A DNA stretch of 64,000 nt from Escherichia coli (GCF_030384885.1 NZ_CP128613.1), one strand, 5' to 3'. Positions 13,242 through 29,726 are shown, numbered from the stretch's first letter. Notes: generated from the sequence alone by a model not told the origin. Numbers and translations are program-made.

Positions 13242-14738
13242 ATGGCTCACCCTCATTTATTAGCGGAAAGAATTTCCCGCCTGAGCAGTTCGTTGGAAAA
13301 GGGGCTTTATGAACGTAGCCACGCCATCCGCTTGTGTTTATTAGCGGCATTAAGTGGTGAAAGTGTGTTCCTCCTTGGCCCGCCAGGCATTGCCAAAAGT
13401 TTGATCGCCCGGCGCTTAAAATTCGCCTTTCAGAATGCCCGCGCGTTTGAATATCTGATGACCCGCTTCTCCACGCCGGAAGAAGTTTTTGGTCCCCTTT
13501 CTATTCAGGCGCTAAAAGATGAAGGGCGCTATGAACGTTTAACCAGCGGTTACCTGCCGGAAGCAGAAATCGTCTTTCTGGATGAGATCTGGAAAGCGGG
13601 CCCGGCAATTCTTAATACCTTGCTCACCGCCATTAACGAGCGCCAGTTCCGTAACGGTGCACACGTAGAAAAAATCCCGATGCGTCTGCTGGTGGCGGCC
13701 TCCAACGAGCTGCCGGAAGCAGACAGCAGTCTGGAAGCGTTATATGACCGCATGCTGATTCGTCTGTGGTTAGATAAAGTGCAGGATAAAGCGAATTTCC
13801 GCTCCATGCTGACCAGTCAACAGGATGAAAATGACAATCCGGTTCCTGCCTCCTTGCAGGTCACTGATGAAGAATATGAACGCTGGCAGAAAGAGATTGG
13901 TGAAATTACGCTGCCCGATCATGTATTTGAGCTGATTTTTATGCTGCGCCAGCAACTGGATAAATTACCGGATGCGCCTTATGTCTCGGATCGTCGCTGG
14001 AAAAAAGCGATCCGCTTATTGCAGGCCAGCGCCTTTTTTAGCGGTCGCAGTGCTGTTGCCCCGGTAGATCTCATTTTGCTGAAAGATTGCCTGTGGTATG
14101 ACGCGCAAAGCCTGAATTTGATACAACAACAAATTGATGTATTGATGACCGGTCATGCCTGGCAACAGCAAGGGATGTTGACCCGCCTGGGCGCGATTGT
14201 GCAACGTCACCTGCAACTACAGCAGCAACAAAGCGATAAAACAGCCTTAACGGTAATTCGTCTGGGCGGCATTTTCAGCCGTCGTCAGCAGTATCAACTC
14301 CCTGTTAACGTTACTGCTTCCACTCTGACTCTGCTGCTGCAAAAACCGTTAAAACTGCATGATATGGAAGTGGTTCATATCTCCTTTGAGCGTAGCGCGC
14401 TGGAACAGTGGCTGAGCAGAGGTGGTGAAATTCGCGGCAAACTGAACGGTATCGGCTTTGCCCAGAAACTGAATCTGGAAGTTGATAGCGCCCAACATCT
14501 TGTCGTACGCGATGTAAGTTTACAAGGCAGTACGCTGGCACTTCCCGGTTCATCGGCTGAAGGTCTGCCAGGTGAAATAAAACAACAACTGGAAGAGCTT
14601 GAAAGCGACTGGCGCAAGCAACACGCTTTATTCAGCGAACAGCAAAAATGTCTGTTTATCCCTGGCGACTGGTTAGGTCGCATTGAAGCCAGCCTACAGG
14701 ATGTCGGCACCCAGATTCGCCAGGCACAACAATGCTAA
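13242..14738 (+). CDS. ravA: AAA+ MoxR-family ATPase RavA
   Basis: 498 aa from ATG at 13242 ([11 protein letters not shown]); track ORF begins at an upstream TTG; Walker A GPPGIAKS. Confidence 0.95.
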
Positions 14739-16183
14739 CGCTGGATACGCTTAATGTGATGCTGGCCGTCAGCGAAGAGGGATTGATCGAAGAGATGATC
14801 ATCGCGCTGCTGGCCTCACCGCAGCTGGCAGTCTTCTTTGAAAAATTCCCACGACTGAAGGCGGCAATCACTGATGATGTTCCCCGCTGGCGTGAGGCGC
14901 TGCGCAGTCGGCTGAAAGATGCCCGAGTCCCGCCAGAACTCACCGAAGAGGTTATGTGCTATCAGCAAAGCCAGCTCCTCTCCACGCCGCAGTTTATTGT
15001 GCAGCTACCACAGATCCTGGACTTACTGCATCGTCTGAATTCTCCATGGGCTGAACAAGCCCGACAGTTGGTTGATGCTAACAGCACGATCACTTCAGCG
15101 TTACACACACTTTTTCTCCAGCGTTGGCGTTTAAGTCTGATCGTGCAAGCAACGACGTTAAATCAACAGCTATTAGAAGAAGAACGCGAACAACTGTTGA
15201 GTGAAGTTCAGGAACGCATGACGCTGAGCGGGCAACTTGAACCGATTCTCGCAGATAACAATACCGCAGCTGGTCGTCTGTGGGATATGAGCGCCGGTCA
15301 GCTTAAACGTGGCGACTATCAGTTGATTGTGAAATACGGTGAATTTCTTAACGAACAGCCGGAACTGAAACGCCTGGCAGAACAGTTGGGGCGTTCCCGG
15401 GAAGCCAAATCAATACCGCGCAACGATGCGCAGATGGAAACCTTCCGCACCATGGTGCGCGAACCGGCGACAGTTCCTGAGCAGGTTGATGGACTGCAAC
15501 AAAGTGATGATATTTTACGCCTTCTACCTCCGGAACTGGCGACGCTGGGGATAACAGAACTGGAATATGAGTTTTATCGTCGGCTGGTGGAAAAACAATT
15601 GCTCACCTATCGCCTGCACGGTGAGTCGTGGCGTGAAAAAGTGATCGAACGCCCGGTGGTGCATAAAGATTACGACGAACAGCCGCGCGGACCGTTTATT
15701 GTCTGCGTGGATACTTCCGGCTCAATGGGCGGCTTTAATGAACAGTGTGCGAAAGCGTTCTGCCTGGCCTTGATGCGCATTGCTCTCGCTGAAAACCGGC
15801 GCTGCTATATTATGCTATTTTCCACCGAGATCGTCCGTTATGAGCTTTCAGGCCCACAAGGTATTGAGCAAGCGATCCGCTTTTTAAGTCAGCAGTTTCG
15901 TGGCGGTACCGATCTTGCCAGTTGTTTCCGCGCCATTATGGAACGCTTGCAAAGTCGGGAGTGGTTTGACGCCGATGCGGTGGTGATTTCTGATTTTATC
16001 GCCCAGCGGTTGCCTGACGACGTGACGAGCAAAGTGAAAGAGTTGCAGCGGGTACATCAGCATCGCTTTCATGCCGTGGCGATGTCGGCACATGGCAAAC
16101 CCGGCATCATGCGCATTTTCGATCATATCTGGCGCTTTGATACCGGGATGCGAAGCCGCCTGCTCAGACGCTGGCGGCGATAA
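14732..16183 (+). CDS. viaA: VWA-domain protein ViaA
   Basis: 483 aa, start overlaps ravA stop by 7 nt, C-terminal VWA domain with DTSGSM MIDAS motif. Confidence 0.95.
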
Positions 16184-16187
16184 ACAA

Positions 16188-17180
16188 TTACAGCAGAGAA
16201 GGGACGCTCTCGCGAACAGCTGCCGGCCATACACCACACTGAACCTGGCCGATATGTGGCAGTTGCAGCAGCAGCATGGTCAAACGAGACTGCCCGATAC
16301 CGCCGCCGATGGTCTGCGGCATTTCACCGCGCAGCAGCGCCTGATGCCACTCCAGCTGCAGACGATCTTCATCACCGGTCAGCGCCAGCTGATGTTTCAA
16401 CGTATCGGCATCCACGCGGATCCCCATGGAAGAAAGCTCAAACGCATCTTCCAGTACCGGGTTCCATACCAGAATATCGCCGTTCAGACCCGCATGGCCC
16501 AGCTCTGACGGGGTGCTCCAGTCATCATAATCCGGTGCGCGCACGTCGTGACGATGACCATCACTCAACTTGCCGCCAATCCCGACGAGGAATACCGCGC
16601 CAAGATCTTTCGCAATCGCCCGCTCACGTCCTTTGGCATCGAGATCCGGATAACGAGCCAGTAACTCCTGGCTGTGTACGAAGTGGATCTGATCCGGCAG
16701 GAACGGTGCCAGGCCAAACTCTTCGCTAACCGCAGCTTCGGTTGCTTTAATTCCCGCCCAGATCGCCTCTACTGTGCTTTTCAGAGTCGAGAATTGACGC
16801 TCGCCGTCGCCCATTACGCGTTCCCAGTCCCACTGGTCAACATAGACCGAGTGCAACGGGGAAAGACGGTCTTCATCGGGGCGAAGGGCTTTCATGTGCG
16901 TGTACAGCCCTTCGCCCGCGCTGAAGTCGTGTTGCCCTAAGGTCTGACGTTTCCACTTCGCCAGTGAATGAACCACTTCGAACTGGGCATCAGGCAGAGC
17001 TTTCACTTTTACCTGCACCGCTTTTTCACAGCCCGACAAGTTATCCTGCGTGCCATCCCCCACACGGCTAAGAATCGGCGCCTGGACTTCAATCAGCCCC
17101 AGACGTTCTTCCAGTTGACGAGAAAAGTGAGATTTCACGAAGCTAATTTGACGTTGTTTGGCAATGTAAGCGGTTTTCAT
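16188..17180 (-). CDS. asnA: aspartate-ammonia ligase (asparagine synthetase A)
   Basis: 330 aa, matches AsnA. Confidence 0.96.
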   Translation of the reverse strand: MKTAYIAKQRQISFVKSHFSRQLEERLGLIEVQAPILSRVGDGTQDNLSGCEKAVQVKVKALPDAQFEVVHSLAKWKRQTLGQHDFSAGEGLYTHMKALRPDEDRLSPLHSVYVDQWDWERVMGDGERQFSTLKSTVEAIWAGIKATEAAVSEEFGLAPFLPDQIHFVHSQELLARYPDLDAKGRERAIAKDLGAVFLVGIGGKLSDGHRHDVRAPDYDDWSTPSELGHAGLNGDILVWNPVLEDAFELSSMGIRVDADTLKHQLALTGDEDRLQLEWHQALLRGEMPQTIGGGIGQSRLTMLLLQLPHIGQVQCGVWPAAVRESVPSLL

Positions 17181-17331
17181 TTTTTATACTCCTGCGTCCT
17201 GTTGCTTATGATTAAGCAACAAAAACCGACACACATGCAATAATCATTCAATAAAAAGCCTCACACACTTTTGATTCATTAAAAAAGAAGGCTAAAATAG
17301 AATGATTCTTCAATCTGCATAAGAAAATCCT

Positions 17332-17790
17332 ATGGAAAATTATCTGATCGACAATCTGGACCGCGGCATCCTGGAAGCATTAATGGGTAATGCGCGTACC
17401 GCTTACGCCGAACTGGCGAAACAATTTGGCGTCAGTCCGGGGACAATTCACGTTCGTGTAGAGAAAATGAAGCAGGCGGGGATCATTACCGGGGCGCGCA
17501 TTGATGTCAGCCCTAAACAGCTTGGTTATGACGTAGGCTGCTTTATCGGCATTATATTAAAGAGCGCCAAAGACTATCCTTCCGCGCTGGCAAAGCTGGA
17601 AAGCCTCGATGAAGTCACTGAAGCCTATTACACAACTGGCCACTACAGCATCTTTATCAAAGTGATGTGCCGTTCGATCGATGCTCTCCAGCATGTACTT
17701 ATCAACAAGATCCAAACAATTGATGAAATTCAGTCCACCGAGACACTGATCGTCCTGCAAAACCCGATCATGCGTACCATTAAGCCATGA
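17332..17790 (+). CDS. asnC: Lrp/AsnC-family regulator AsnC
   Basis: 152 aa, divergent from asnA. Confidence 0.96.
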   Translation: MENYLIDNLDRGILEALMGNARTAYAELAKQFGVSPGTIHVRVEKMKQAGIITGARIDVSPKQLGYDVGCFIGIILKSAKDYPSALAKLESLDEVTEAYYTTGHYSIFIKVMCRSIDALQHVLINKIQTIDEIQSTETLIVLQNPIMRTIKP

Positions 17791-17879
17791 TCAGCTTTTT
17801 TAATCCCATACTTTTCCACAGGTAGATCCCAACGCGTTCACAGCGTACAATACGCCACTCTTAATAAAGGTGGCGGTTT

Positions 17880-18323
17880 ATGGCAGATATCACTCTTATC
17901 AGCGGCAGCACCCTCGGCGGTGCCGAATATGTGGCAGAACACCTGGCTGAAAAGCTGGAAGAGGCGGGTTTTACCACCGAAACGCTGCACGGTCCGCTGT
18001 TGGAAGATTTATCTGCCTCGGGGATCTGGCTGGTTATCAGCTCAACCCACGGTGCCGGAGATATTCCGGACAACCTTTCTCCTTTCTATGAAGCATTGCA
18101 GGAACAGAAGCCCGATCTTTCTGCGGTCTGCTTTGGCGCTATCGGTATTGGCAGTCGTGAATATGACACCTTTTGTGGGGCTATCGATAAACTCGAGGCA
18201 GAACTCAAAAATTCCGGTGCAAAACAGACAGGCGAAACACTGAAGCTCAACATCCTTGATCACGACATTCCGGAAGATCCGGCAGAAGAATGGCTGGGAT
18301 CGTGGATTAATTTACTCAAATAA
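17880..18323 (+). CDS. mioC: FMN-binding flavodoxin-like protein MioC
   Basis: 147 aa, immediately adjacent to oriC. Confidence 0.96.
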   Translation: MADITLISGSTLGGAEYVAEHLAEKLEEAGFTTETLHGPLLEDLSASGIWLVISSTHGAGDIPDNLSPFYEALQEQKPDLSAVCFGAIGIGSREYDTFCGAIDKLEAELKNSGAKQTGETLKLNILDHDIPEDPAEEWLGSWINLLK

Positions 18324-18336
18324 GTATACAGATCGT

Positions 18337-18618
18337 GCGATCTGTTGTGGGTAACTCTGTCAGGAAGCTTGGATCAACCGGTAGTTATCCAAAGAACAAC
18401 CGTTGTTCAGTTTTTGAGTTGTGTATAACCCCTCATTCTGATCCCAGCTTATACGGTCCAGGATCACCGATCATTCACAGTTAATGATCCTTTCCAGGTT
18501 GTTGATCTTAAACGCCGGATCCTTGTTATCCACAGGGAAGTGCGATCCTAATAAGAGATCACAATAGAACAGATCTCTAAATAAATAGATCTTCTTTTTA
18601 ATACTCAGGATCCCAGGT
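18337..18618. other. oriC: chromosomal replication origin oriC (DnaA boxes, GATC cluster, AT-rich 13-mer unwinding element)
   Basis: TTATCCACA at 18526-18534, TGTGTATAA at 18421-18429, TTATCCAAA at 18385-18393, a variant box TGTGGGTAA at 18346-18354, many GATC sites, and 13-mers GATCTATTTATTT / GATCTCTTATTAG near 18545-18600. Confidence 0.9.
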
Positions 18619-18701
18619 CTTTCTCAAGCCGACAAAGTTGAGTAGAATCCACGGCCCGGGCTTCAATCCATTTTCATACCGCGTTATGCGAGGCAATCAC
18701 C

Positions 18702-20591
18702 ATGTTTTATCCGGATCCTTTTGACGTCATCATCATTGGCGGGGGTCATGCAGGCACCGAGGCCGCGATGGCCGCGGCGCGTATGGGTCAACAGACTCTG
18801 CTTTTGACACACAATATCGACACTCTGGGGCAGATGAGCTGCAACCCGGCGATCGGCGGTATTGGGAAGGGACATCTGGTAAAAGAAGTGGATGCACTCG
18901 GCGGCCTGATGGCTAAAGCGATCGATCAGGCTGGTATCCAGTTTAGGATACTAAACGCAAGCAAGGGACCGGCAGTTCGCGCTACCCGAGCTCAGGCGGA
19001 TCGTGTGCTCTACCGTCAGGCGGTACGTACGGCGCTGGAGAACCAACCGAACCTGATGATCTTCCAGCAGGCGGTTGAAGATCTTATTGTCGAAAACGAT
19101 CGCGTGGTCGGTGCTGTTACCCAAATGGGACTGAAGTTCCGTGCCAAAGCCGTCGTGCTCACCGTTGGGACGTTCCTCGACGGTAAAATTCATATCGGTC
19201 TGGATAACTACAGCGGTGGCCGTGCTGGTGATCCGCCGTCCATTCCGCTCTCTCGCCGTTTGCGTGAACTGCCGCTGCGCGTTGGTCGTCTGAAAACCGG
19301 GACACCGCCGCGTATTGATGCTCGAACCATCGACTTTAGCGTGCTGGCGCAACAGCATGGCGATAACCCAATGCCGGTATTCTCGTTTATGGGCAATGCG
19401 TCCCAGCATCCACAGCAGGTGCCGTGTTATATCACCCATACCAACGAGAAAACCCATGACGTGATCCGCAGTAACCTCGATCGCAGCCCAATGTACGCAG
19501 GGGTAATCGAAGGTGTTGGCCCACGCTACTGTCCGTCGATCGAAGACAAAGTCATGCGCTTCGCCGACAGAAATCAGCATCAGATCTTCCTTGAACCGGA
19601 AGGGCTGACCTCTAACGAAATTTATCCGAACGGTATCTCCACCAGCCTGCCGTTCGATGTGCAGATGCAAATCGTCCGCTCCATGCAGGGGATGGAAAAC
19701 GCGAAGATCGTGCGTCCGGGTTATGCCATTGAGTATGACTTCTTCGATCCACGCGACCTGAAACCGACGCTGGAGAGCAAGTTTATCCAGGGGCTGTTCT
19801 TTGCTGGTCAGATTAACGGCACTACCGGTTACGAAGAAGCCGCTGCGCAAGGTTTGCTGGCCGGTCTTAACGCTGCCCGTCTGTCTGCTGACAAAGAAGG
19901 TTGGGCTCCGGCGCGTTCTCAGGCGTATCTCGGCGTACTGGTTGATGACCTGTGCACTTTAGGAACCAAAGAACCGTATCGTATGTTTACCTCGCGCGCA
20001 GAATATCGTCTGATGCTGCGCGAAGATAATGCAGATCTGCGTTTGACTGAAATCGGTCGTGAACTGGGCCTGGTGGATGACGAACGTTGGGCGCGCTTTA
20101 ACGAGAAACTTGAGAATATCGAGCGTGAGCGTCAGCGTCTGAAATCGACCTGGGTAACCCCGTCGGCGGAAGCTGCAGCCGAAGTGAATGCTCACCTGAC
20201 TGCGCCACTTTCCCGTGAAGCCAGTGGTGAAGATCTGCTGCGTCGTCCGGAAATGACTTATGAAAAATTAACCATGCTGACGCCTTTTGCCCCTGCGTTG
20301 ACAGACGAACAGGCGGCGGAACAGGTTGAGATTCAGGTTAAATACGAAGGTTATATTGCGCGCCAGCAAGATGAGATCGAAAAGCAGCAGCGTAACGAGA
20401 ATACCTTGCTGCCAGCGACGCTGGATTACCGCCAGGTATCCGGTCTTTCTAACGAAGTGATCGCCAAACTTAACGATCACAAACCGGCTTCTATCGGTCA
20501 GGCTTCGCGTATTTCTGGCGTCACGCCTGCTGCCATCTCCATTCTACTGGTGTGGCTAAAAAAACAGGGTATGCTGCGTCGTAGCGCATAA
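18702..20591 (+). CDS. mnmG: tRNA uridine 5-carboxymethylaminomethyl modification enzyme MnmG (GidA)
   Basis: 629 aa, FAD-binding [10 protein letters not shown] motif. Confidence 0.97.
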   Translation: MFYPDPFDVIIIGGGHAGTEAAMAAARMGQQTLLLTHNIDTLGQMSCNPAIGGIGKGHLVKEVDALGGLMAKAIDQAGIQFRILNASKGPAVRATRAQADRVLYRQAVRTALENQPNLMIFQQAVEDLIVENDRVVGAVTQMGLKFRAKAVVLTVGTFLDGKIHIGLDNYSGGRAGDPPSIPLSRRLRELPLRVGRLKTGTPPRIDARTIDFSVLAQQHGDNPMPVFSFMGNASQHPQQVPCYITHTNEKTHDVIRSNLDRSPMYAGVIEGVGPRYCPSIEDKVMRFADRNQHQIFLEPEGLTSNEIYPNGISTSLPFDVQMQIVRSMQGMENAKIVRPGYAIEYDFFDPRDLKPTLESKFIQGLFFAGQINGTTGYEEAAAQGLLAGLNAARLSADKEGWAPARSQAYLGVLVDDLCTLGTKEPYRMFTSRAEYRLMLREDNADLRLTEIGRELGLVDDERWARFNEKLENIERERQRLKSTWVTPSAEAAAEVNAHLTAPLSREASGEDLLRRPEMTYEKLTMLTPFAPALTDEQAAEQVEIQVKYEGYIARQQDEIEKQQRNENTLLPATLDYRQVSGLSNEVIAKLNDHKPASIGQASRISGVTPAAISILLVWLKKQGMLRRSA

Positions 20592-20654
20592 CGCATTAAA
20601 AATGCCTGGTAAGCACCCGCTTACCGGGCTACGCATCAAGAACAGGTAATCACC

Positions 20655-21278
20655 GTGCTCAACAAACTCTCCTCTCTGCTGAAAGACGCAGGAATTTCGC
20701 TTACCGATCACCAGAAAAACCAGCTAATTGCCTACGTGAATATGCTGCATAAATGGAATAAAGCGTACAACCTGACTTCGGTCCGCGATCCTAATGAGAT
20801 GCTGGTACGCCATATTCTCGATAGCATTGTGGTGGCACCGTATCTGCAAGGTGAACGGTTTATCGATGTCGGCACCGGACCAGGACTGCCTGGCATTCCA
20901 CTCTCTATCGTGCGTCCTGAAGCCCATTTCACGTTGTTGGATAGCCTTGGTAAACGCGTGCGTTTCCTTCGTCAGGTGCAACATGAGCTTAAACTGGAGA
21001 ATATTGAGCCAGTACAGAGCAGGGTAGAAGAGTTTCCTTCTGAGCCGCCATTTGATGGCGTAATTAGCCGCGCCTTTGCCTCTCTGAACGATATGGTGAG
21101 CTGGTGCCACCATCTTCCTGGTGAGCAAGGTCGTTTCTACGCGCTGAAAGGCCAAATACCGGAAGATGAAATCGCTTTGTTGCCCGAAGAATATCAGGTC
21201 GAATCAGTGGTTAAACTTCACGTTCCGGCCCTGGATGGCGAACGTCATCTGGTGGTGATTAAAGCAAATAAAATTTAA
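20655..21278 (+). CDS. rsmG: 16S rRNA m7G527 methyltransferase RsmG (GidB)
   Basis: 207 aa, GTG start, SAM-binding VGTGPGLPG motif. Confidence 0.96.
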   Translation: MLNKLSSLLKDAGISLTDHQKNQLIAYVNMLHKWNKAYNLTSVRDPNEMLVRHILDSIVVAPYLQGERFIDVGTGPGLPGIPLSIVRPEAHFTLLDSLGKRVRFLRQVQHELKLENIEPVQSRVEEFPSEPPFDGVISRAFASLNDMVSWCHHLPGEQGRFYALKGQIPEDEIALLPEEYQVESVVKLHVPALDGERHLVVIKANKI

Positions 21279-21364
21279 TTTTTATCAAAAAAAACATAAA
21301 AAAATGACCGGTTAGACTGTTAACAACAACCAGGTTTTCTACTGATATAACTGGTTACATTTAA

Positions 21365-21409
21365 CGCCACGTTCACTCTTTTGCATCAACGAGCTAACGT
21401 GGCTTTTTT
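21365..21409 (+). terminator. putative intrinsic terminator after rsmG
   Basis: GCCACGTT ... AACGTGGC inverted repeat followed by TTTTTT; loop is long so confidence is moderate. Confidence 0.4.
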
Positions 21410-21775
21410 GGGTAAGCAGAAAATAAGTCAGCAGTGAAAATATCAGGCTGCTAAAAATCGGCGCTAAGAACCATAATCATCTGTTAAAACATTATTAAAA
21501 ATGTCAATGGGTGGTTTTTGTTGTGTAAATGTCACTTATTAAAAGAGTGTCTGTTTTTGGACTTAAATATCATAAACTTGCAATGGCATCATTTGCCAAG
21601 TAAATAAATATGCTGTGCGCGAACATGCTCAATATGTGATCTGAAGCACGCTTTATCGCCAGTGTTTACGCGTTATTTACAGTTTTTCATGATCGAACAG
21701 CGTTAGCAGAAAAGTCGCAATTGTATGCACTGGAAAAATATTTAAACATTTATTCACCTTTTGGCTACTTATTGT

Positions 21776-21803
21776 TTGAAATCACGGGGGCGCACCGTAT
21801 AAT
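21776..21803 (+). promoter_or_regulatory. putative sigma70 promoter of the atp operon
   Basis: TTGAAA (21776-21781), 16 bp spacer, TATAAT (21798-21803), ~90 bp upstream of atpI. Confidence 0.55.
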
Positions 21804-21894
21804 TTGACCGCTTTTTGATGCTTGACTCTAAGCCTTAAAGAAAGTTTTATACGACACGCGGCATACCTCGAAGGGAGCAGGAGTGAAAAACGTG

Positions 21895-23099
<1,205 letters not shown>

Positions 23100-23127
23100 T
23101 TTACCAACACTACTACGTTTTAACTGA

Positions 23128-23402
<275 letters not shown>

Positions 23403-23446
23403 TAAAGAGCAATATCAGAACGTTAACTAAATAGAGGCATTGTGCT

Positions 23447-23917
23447 GTGAATCTTAACGCAACAATCCTCGGCCAGGCCATCGCGTTTGTCCTGTTCGTT
23501 CTGTTCTGCATGAAGTACGTATGGCCGCCATTAATGGCAGCCATCGAAAAACGTCAAAAAGAAATTGCTGACGGCCTTGCTTCCGCAGAACGAGCACATA
23601 AGGACCTTGACCTTGCAAAGGCCAGCGCGACCGACCAGCTGAAAAAAGCGAAAGCGGAAGCCCAGGTAATCATCGAGCAGGCGAACAAACGCCGCTCGCA
23701 GATTCTGGACGAAGCTAAAGCTGAAGCAGAGCAGGAACGTACTAAAATCGTGGCCCAGGCGCAGGCGGAAATTGAAGCCGAGCGTAAACGTGCCCGTGAA
23801 GAGCTGCGTAAGCAAGTTGCTATCCTGGCTGTTGCTGGCGCCGAGAAGATCATCGAACGTTCCGTGGATGAAGCTGCTAACAGCGACATCGTGGATAAAC
23901 TTGTCGCTGAACTGTAA
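23447..23917 (+). CDS. atpF: F0 subunit b
   Basis: 156 aa, GTG start, N-terminal TM helix then charged helical stalk. Confidence 0.96.
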
Positions 23918-23931
23918 GGAGGGAGGGGCTG

Positions 23932-24465
23932 ATGTCTGAATTTATTACGGTAGCTCGCCCCTACGCCAAAGCAGCTTTTGACTTTGCCGTCGAACACCAA
24001 AGTGTAGAACGCTGGCAGGACATGCTGGCGTTTGCCGCCGAGGTAACCAAAAACGAACAAATGGCAGAGCTTCTCTCTGGCGCGCTTGCGCCAGAAACGC
24101 TCGCCGAGTCGTTTATCGCAGTTTGTGGTGAGCAACTGGACGAAAACGGTCAGAACCTGATTCGGGTTATGGCTGAAAATGGTCGTCTTAACGCGCTCCC
24201 GGATGTTCTGGAGCAGTTTATTCACCTGCGTGCTGTGAGTGAGGCTACCGCTGAGGTAGACGTCATTTCCGCTGCCGCGTTGAGTGAACAACAGCTCGCG
24301 AAAATTTCTGCTGCGATGGAAAAACGTCTGTCACGCAAAGTTAAGCTGAATTGCAAAATCGATAAGTCTGTAATGGCAGGCGTTATCATCCGAGCGGGTG
24401 ATATGGTCATTGATGGCAGCGTACGCGGTCGTCTTGAGCGCCTTGCAGACGTCTTGCAGTCTTAA
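23932..24465 (+). CDS. atpH: F1 subunit delta
   Basis: 177 aa, operon context. Confidence 0.97.
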
Positions 24466-24477
24466 GGGGACTGGAGC

Positions 24478-26019
24478 ATGCAACTGAATTCCACCGAAAT
24501 CAGCGAACTGATCAAGCAGCGCATTGCTCAGTTCAATGTTGTGAGTGAAGCTCACAACGAAGGTACTATTGTTTCTGTAAGTGACGGTGTTATCCGCATC
24601 CACGGCCTGGCCGATTGTATGCAGGGTGAAATGATCTCCCTGCCGGGTAACCGTTACGCTATCGCACTGAACCTCGAGCGTGACTCTGTAGGTGCGGTTG
24701 TTATGGGTCCGTACGCTGACCTTGCCGAAGGCATGAAAGTTAAGTGTACTGGCCGTATCCTGGAAGTTCCGGTTGGCCGTGGCCTGCTGGGCCGTGTGGT
24801 TAACACTCTGGGTGCACCAATCGACGGTAAAGGTCCGCTGGATCACGACGGCTTCTCTGCTGTAGAAGCTATCGCCCCGGGCGTTATCGAACGTCAGTCC
24901 GTAGATCAGCCGGTACAGACCGGTTATAAAGCCGTTGACTCCATGATCCCAATCGGTCGTGGTCAGCGTGAATTGATCATCGGTGACCGTCAGACCGGTA
25001 AAACCGCACTGGCAATCGATGCCATCATTAACCAGCGCGATTCCGGTATCAAATGTATCTATGTCGCTATCGGCCAGAAAGCGTCCACTATTTCTAACGT
25101 GGTACGTAAACTGGAAGAGCACGGCGCACTGGCTAACACCATCGTTGTGGTAGCAACCGCGTCTGAATCCGCTGCACTGCAATACCTGGCGCCGTATGCC
25201 GGTTGCGCAATGGGCGAATACTTCCGTGACCGCGGTGAAGATGCGCTGATCATTTACGATGACCTGTCTAAACAGGCTGTTGCTTACCGTCAGATCTCCT
25301 TGCTGCTCCGTCGTCCGCCAGGACGTGAAGCATTCCCGGGCGACGTATTCTACCTCCACTCTCGTCTGCTGGAGCGTGCTGCGCGTGTTAACGCCGAATA
25401 CGTTGAAGCCTTCACCAAAGGTGAAGTGAAAGGGAAAACCGGTTCTCTGACCGCGCTGCCGATTATCGAAACTCAGGCGGGTGACGTTTCTGCGTTCGTT
25501 CCGACTAACGTAATCTCCATTACCGATGGTCAGATCTTCCTGGAAACCAACCTGTTCAACGCCGGTATTCGTCCTGCGGTTAACCCGGGTATCTCCGTAT
25601 CCCGTGTTGGTGGTGCAGCACAGACCAAGATCATGAAAAAACTGTCCGGTGGTATCCGTACCGCTCTGGCACAGTATCGTGAACTGGCAGCGTTCTCTCA
25701 GTTTGCATCCGACCTTGACGATGCAACACGTAAGCAGCTTGACCACGGTCAGAAAGTGACCGAACTGCTGAAACAGAAACAGTATGCGCCGATGTCCGTA
25801 GCGCAACAGTCTCTGGTTCTGTTCGCAGCAGAACGTGGTTACCTGGCGGATGTTGAACTGTCGAAAATCGGCAGCTTCGAAGCCGCTCTGCTGGCTTACG
25901 TCGACCGTGATCACGCTCCGTTGATGCAAGAGATCAACCAGACCGGTGGCTACAACGACGAAATCGAAGGCAAGCTGAAAGGCATCCTCGATTCCTTCAA
26001 AGCAACCCAATCCTGGTAA
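24478..26019 (+). CDS. atpA: F1 subunit alpha
   Basis: 513 aa, Walker A GDRQTGKT. Confidence 0.98.
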
Positions 26020-26069
26020 CGTCTGGCGGCTTGCCTTAGGGCAGGCCGCAAGGCATTGAGGAGAAGCTC

Positions 26070-28342
<2,273 letters not shown>

Positions 28343-28362
28343 CGCCTTAATCGGAGGGTGAT

Positions 28363-28782
28363 ATGGCAATGACTTACCACCTGGACGTCGTCAGCGCAGA
28401 GCAACAAATGTTCTCTGGTCTGGTCGAGAAAATCCAGGTAACGGGTAGCGAAGGTGAACTGGGCATTTACCCGGGCCACGCACCGCTGCTCACCGCCATT
28501 AAGCCTGGTATGATTCGCATCGTGAAACAGCACGGTCACGAAGAGTTTATCTATCTGTCTGGCGGCATTCTTGAAGTGCAGCCTGGCAACGTGACCGTTC
28601 TGGCCGACACCGCAATTCGCGGCCAGGATCTCGACGAAGCGCGAGCCATGGAAGCGAAACGTAAGGCTGAAGAGCACATTAGCAGCTCTCACGGCGACGT
28701 AGATTACGCTCAGGCGTCTGCGGAACTGGCCAAAGCGATCGCGCAGTTGCGCGTTATCGAGTTGACCAAAAAAGCGATGTAA
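28363..28782 (+). CDS. atpC: F1 subunit epsilon
   Basis: 139 aa, operon context. Confidence 0.97.
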
Positions 28783-28803
28783 CACCGGCTTGAAAAGCAC
28801 AAA

Positions 28804-28833
28804 AGCCAGTCTGGAAACAGGCTGGCTTTTTTA
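28804..28833 (+). terminator. intrinsic terminator of the atp operon
   Basis: AGCCAGTCTG / CAGGCTGGCT stem with GAAA loop followed by TTTTTT. Confidence 0.85.
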
Positions 28834-28978
28834 TATGTATTTTGCTGATTGATACAAAAATTATATTATTCATCAAAAAGTTAGCGTCTTGCCAAGTCGT
28901 TAATTGTCACCTTTTCTCCATAGTGATATCGTCCCTGTTGTTATTATTATTTCTATAATTATATGAGGGATCATATCT

Positions 28979-29677
28979 ATGTCTTTTAAAACGTCTTTTG
29001 AAGGTGTCCAACCGGTTGTGATGACCGATCGCGCCACCTTTATCCGCCGTGCTTATATGCATCTGGCTGGGGCAGTTGTCGGGTTCATCATTCTCAGCGC
29101 GCTGTTTATCTTTAGTGGGCTTGGCAAAATGATGCTTAGGGTGCTGATGAACAGTGGTCAGTTTGGTTGGCTGGTGGTGCTGGGTGCTTTTATTCTGGTC
29201 AGCATGCTGGCGACTCGTCTGGCAGATAATGTGGAGTCTAATCAGACCCAACTGATTGGACTGGGGATATACGTACTGGCAGAAGCGTTAATTTTTGCAC
29301 CTTTACTGACACTGGCAGCGTATATTAATCCAGCAATTATTGGCGCGGCGGGCATCACCACAGCACTGCTTGTGGGTGGTCTGACATTCACTGCCTTCAC
29401 GACCAAAAAAGATTTCTCTTTCATGCGTTCGTTTTTAACCATGGCGGGCTTTATCGCTTTCGGTGCCATTATCGCGAGCATTTTTATGGGATTCTCACTG
29501 GGCGTCTGGTTCTCGGCGGCAATGGTGCTGTTGTGTGCTGGCTTCGTGCTGTACGACACGTCTAATATTATTCATCATTATCCTACCGATCGTCCGGCAG
29601 GTGCGGCGCTACATCTCTTCGCCTCTATTGCTACCATGTTCTGGTATGTTCTGCGCATTTTCATGTCCCGCGATTAA
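28979..29677 (+). CDS. Bax-inhibitor-1 (BI-1/YccA/YbhL, TMBIM) family inner-membrane protein; no gene at this junction in K-12
   Basis: 232 aa, ~7 predicted TM helices, typical BI-1 family layout; own AT-rich upstream region and downstream terminator. Confidence 0.8.
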   Translation: MSFKTSFEGVQPVVMTDRATFIRRAYMHLAGAVVGFIILSALFIFSGLGKMMLRVLMNSGQFGWLVVLGAFILVSMLATRLADNVESNQTQLIGLGIYVLAEALIFAPLLTLAAYINPAIIGAAGITTALLVGGLTFTAFTTKKDFSFMRSFLTMAGFIAFGAIIASIFMGFSLGVWFSAAMVLLCAGFVLYDTSNIIHHYPTDRPAGAALHLFASIATMFWYVLRIFMSRD

Positions 29678-29691
29678 CCCTGCTTGTATAA

Positions 29692-29726
29692 ACCAGCGAA
29701 ATTATTCGCTGGTTTTCCCGTTTATT
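29692..29726 (+). terminator. intrinsic terminator after the BI-1 family gene
   Basis: ACCAGCGA / TCGCTGGT stem, ATTAT loop, T-rich tail. Confidence 0.65.

Noticed and set aside
18951-19850. 299 aa ORF antisense to mnmG
   Set aside because: Embedded in mnmG on the opposite strand; no independent signals
23554-24291. 245 aa ORF antisense to atpF/atpH
   Set aside because: Overlaps two well-established atp genes on the opposite strand; Ala/Arg/Ser-rich translation typical of spurious antisense frames
24331-26010. 559 aa ORF antisense to atpA
   Set aside because: Lies entirely within and opposite the highly conserved atpA; long antisense ORFs are a known artefact of codon bias in highly expressed genes; no RBS and low-complexity translation
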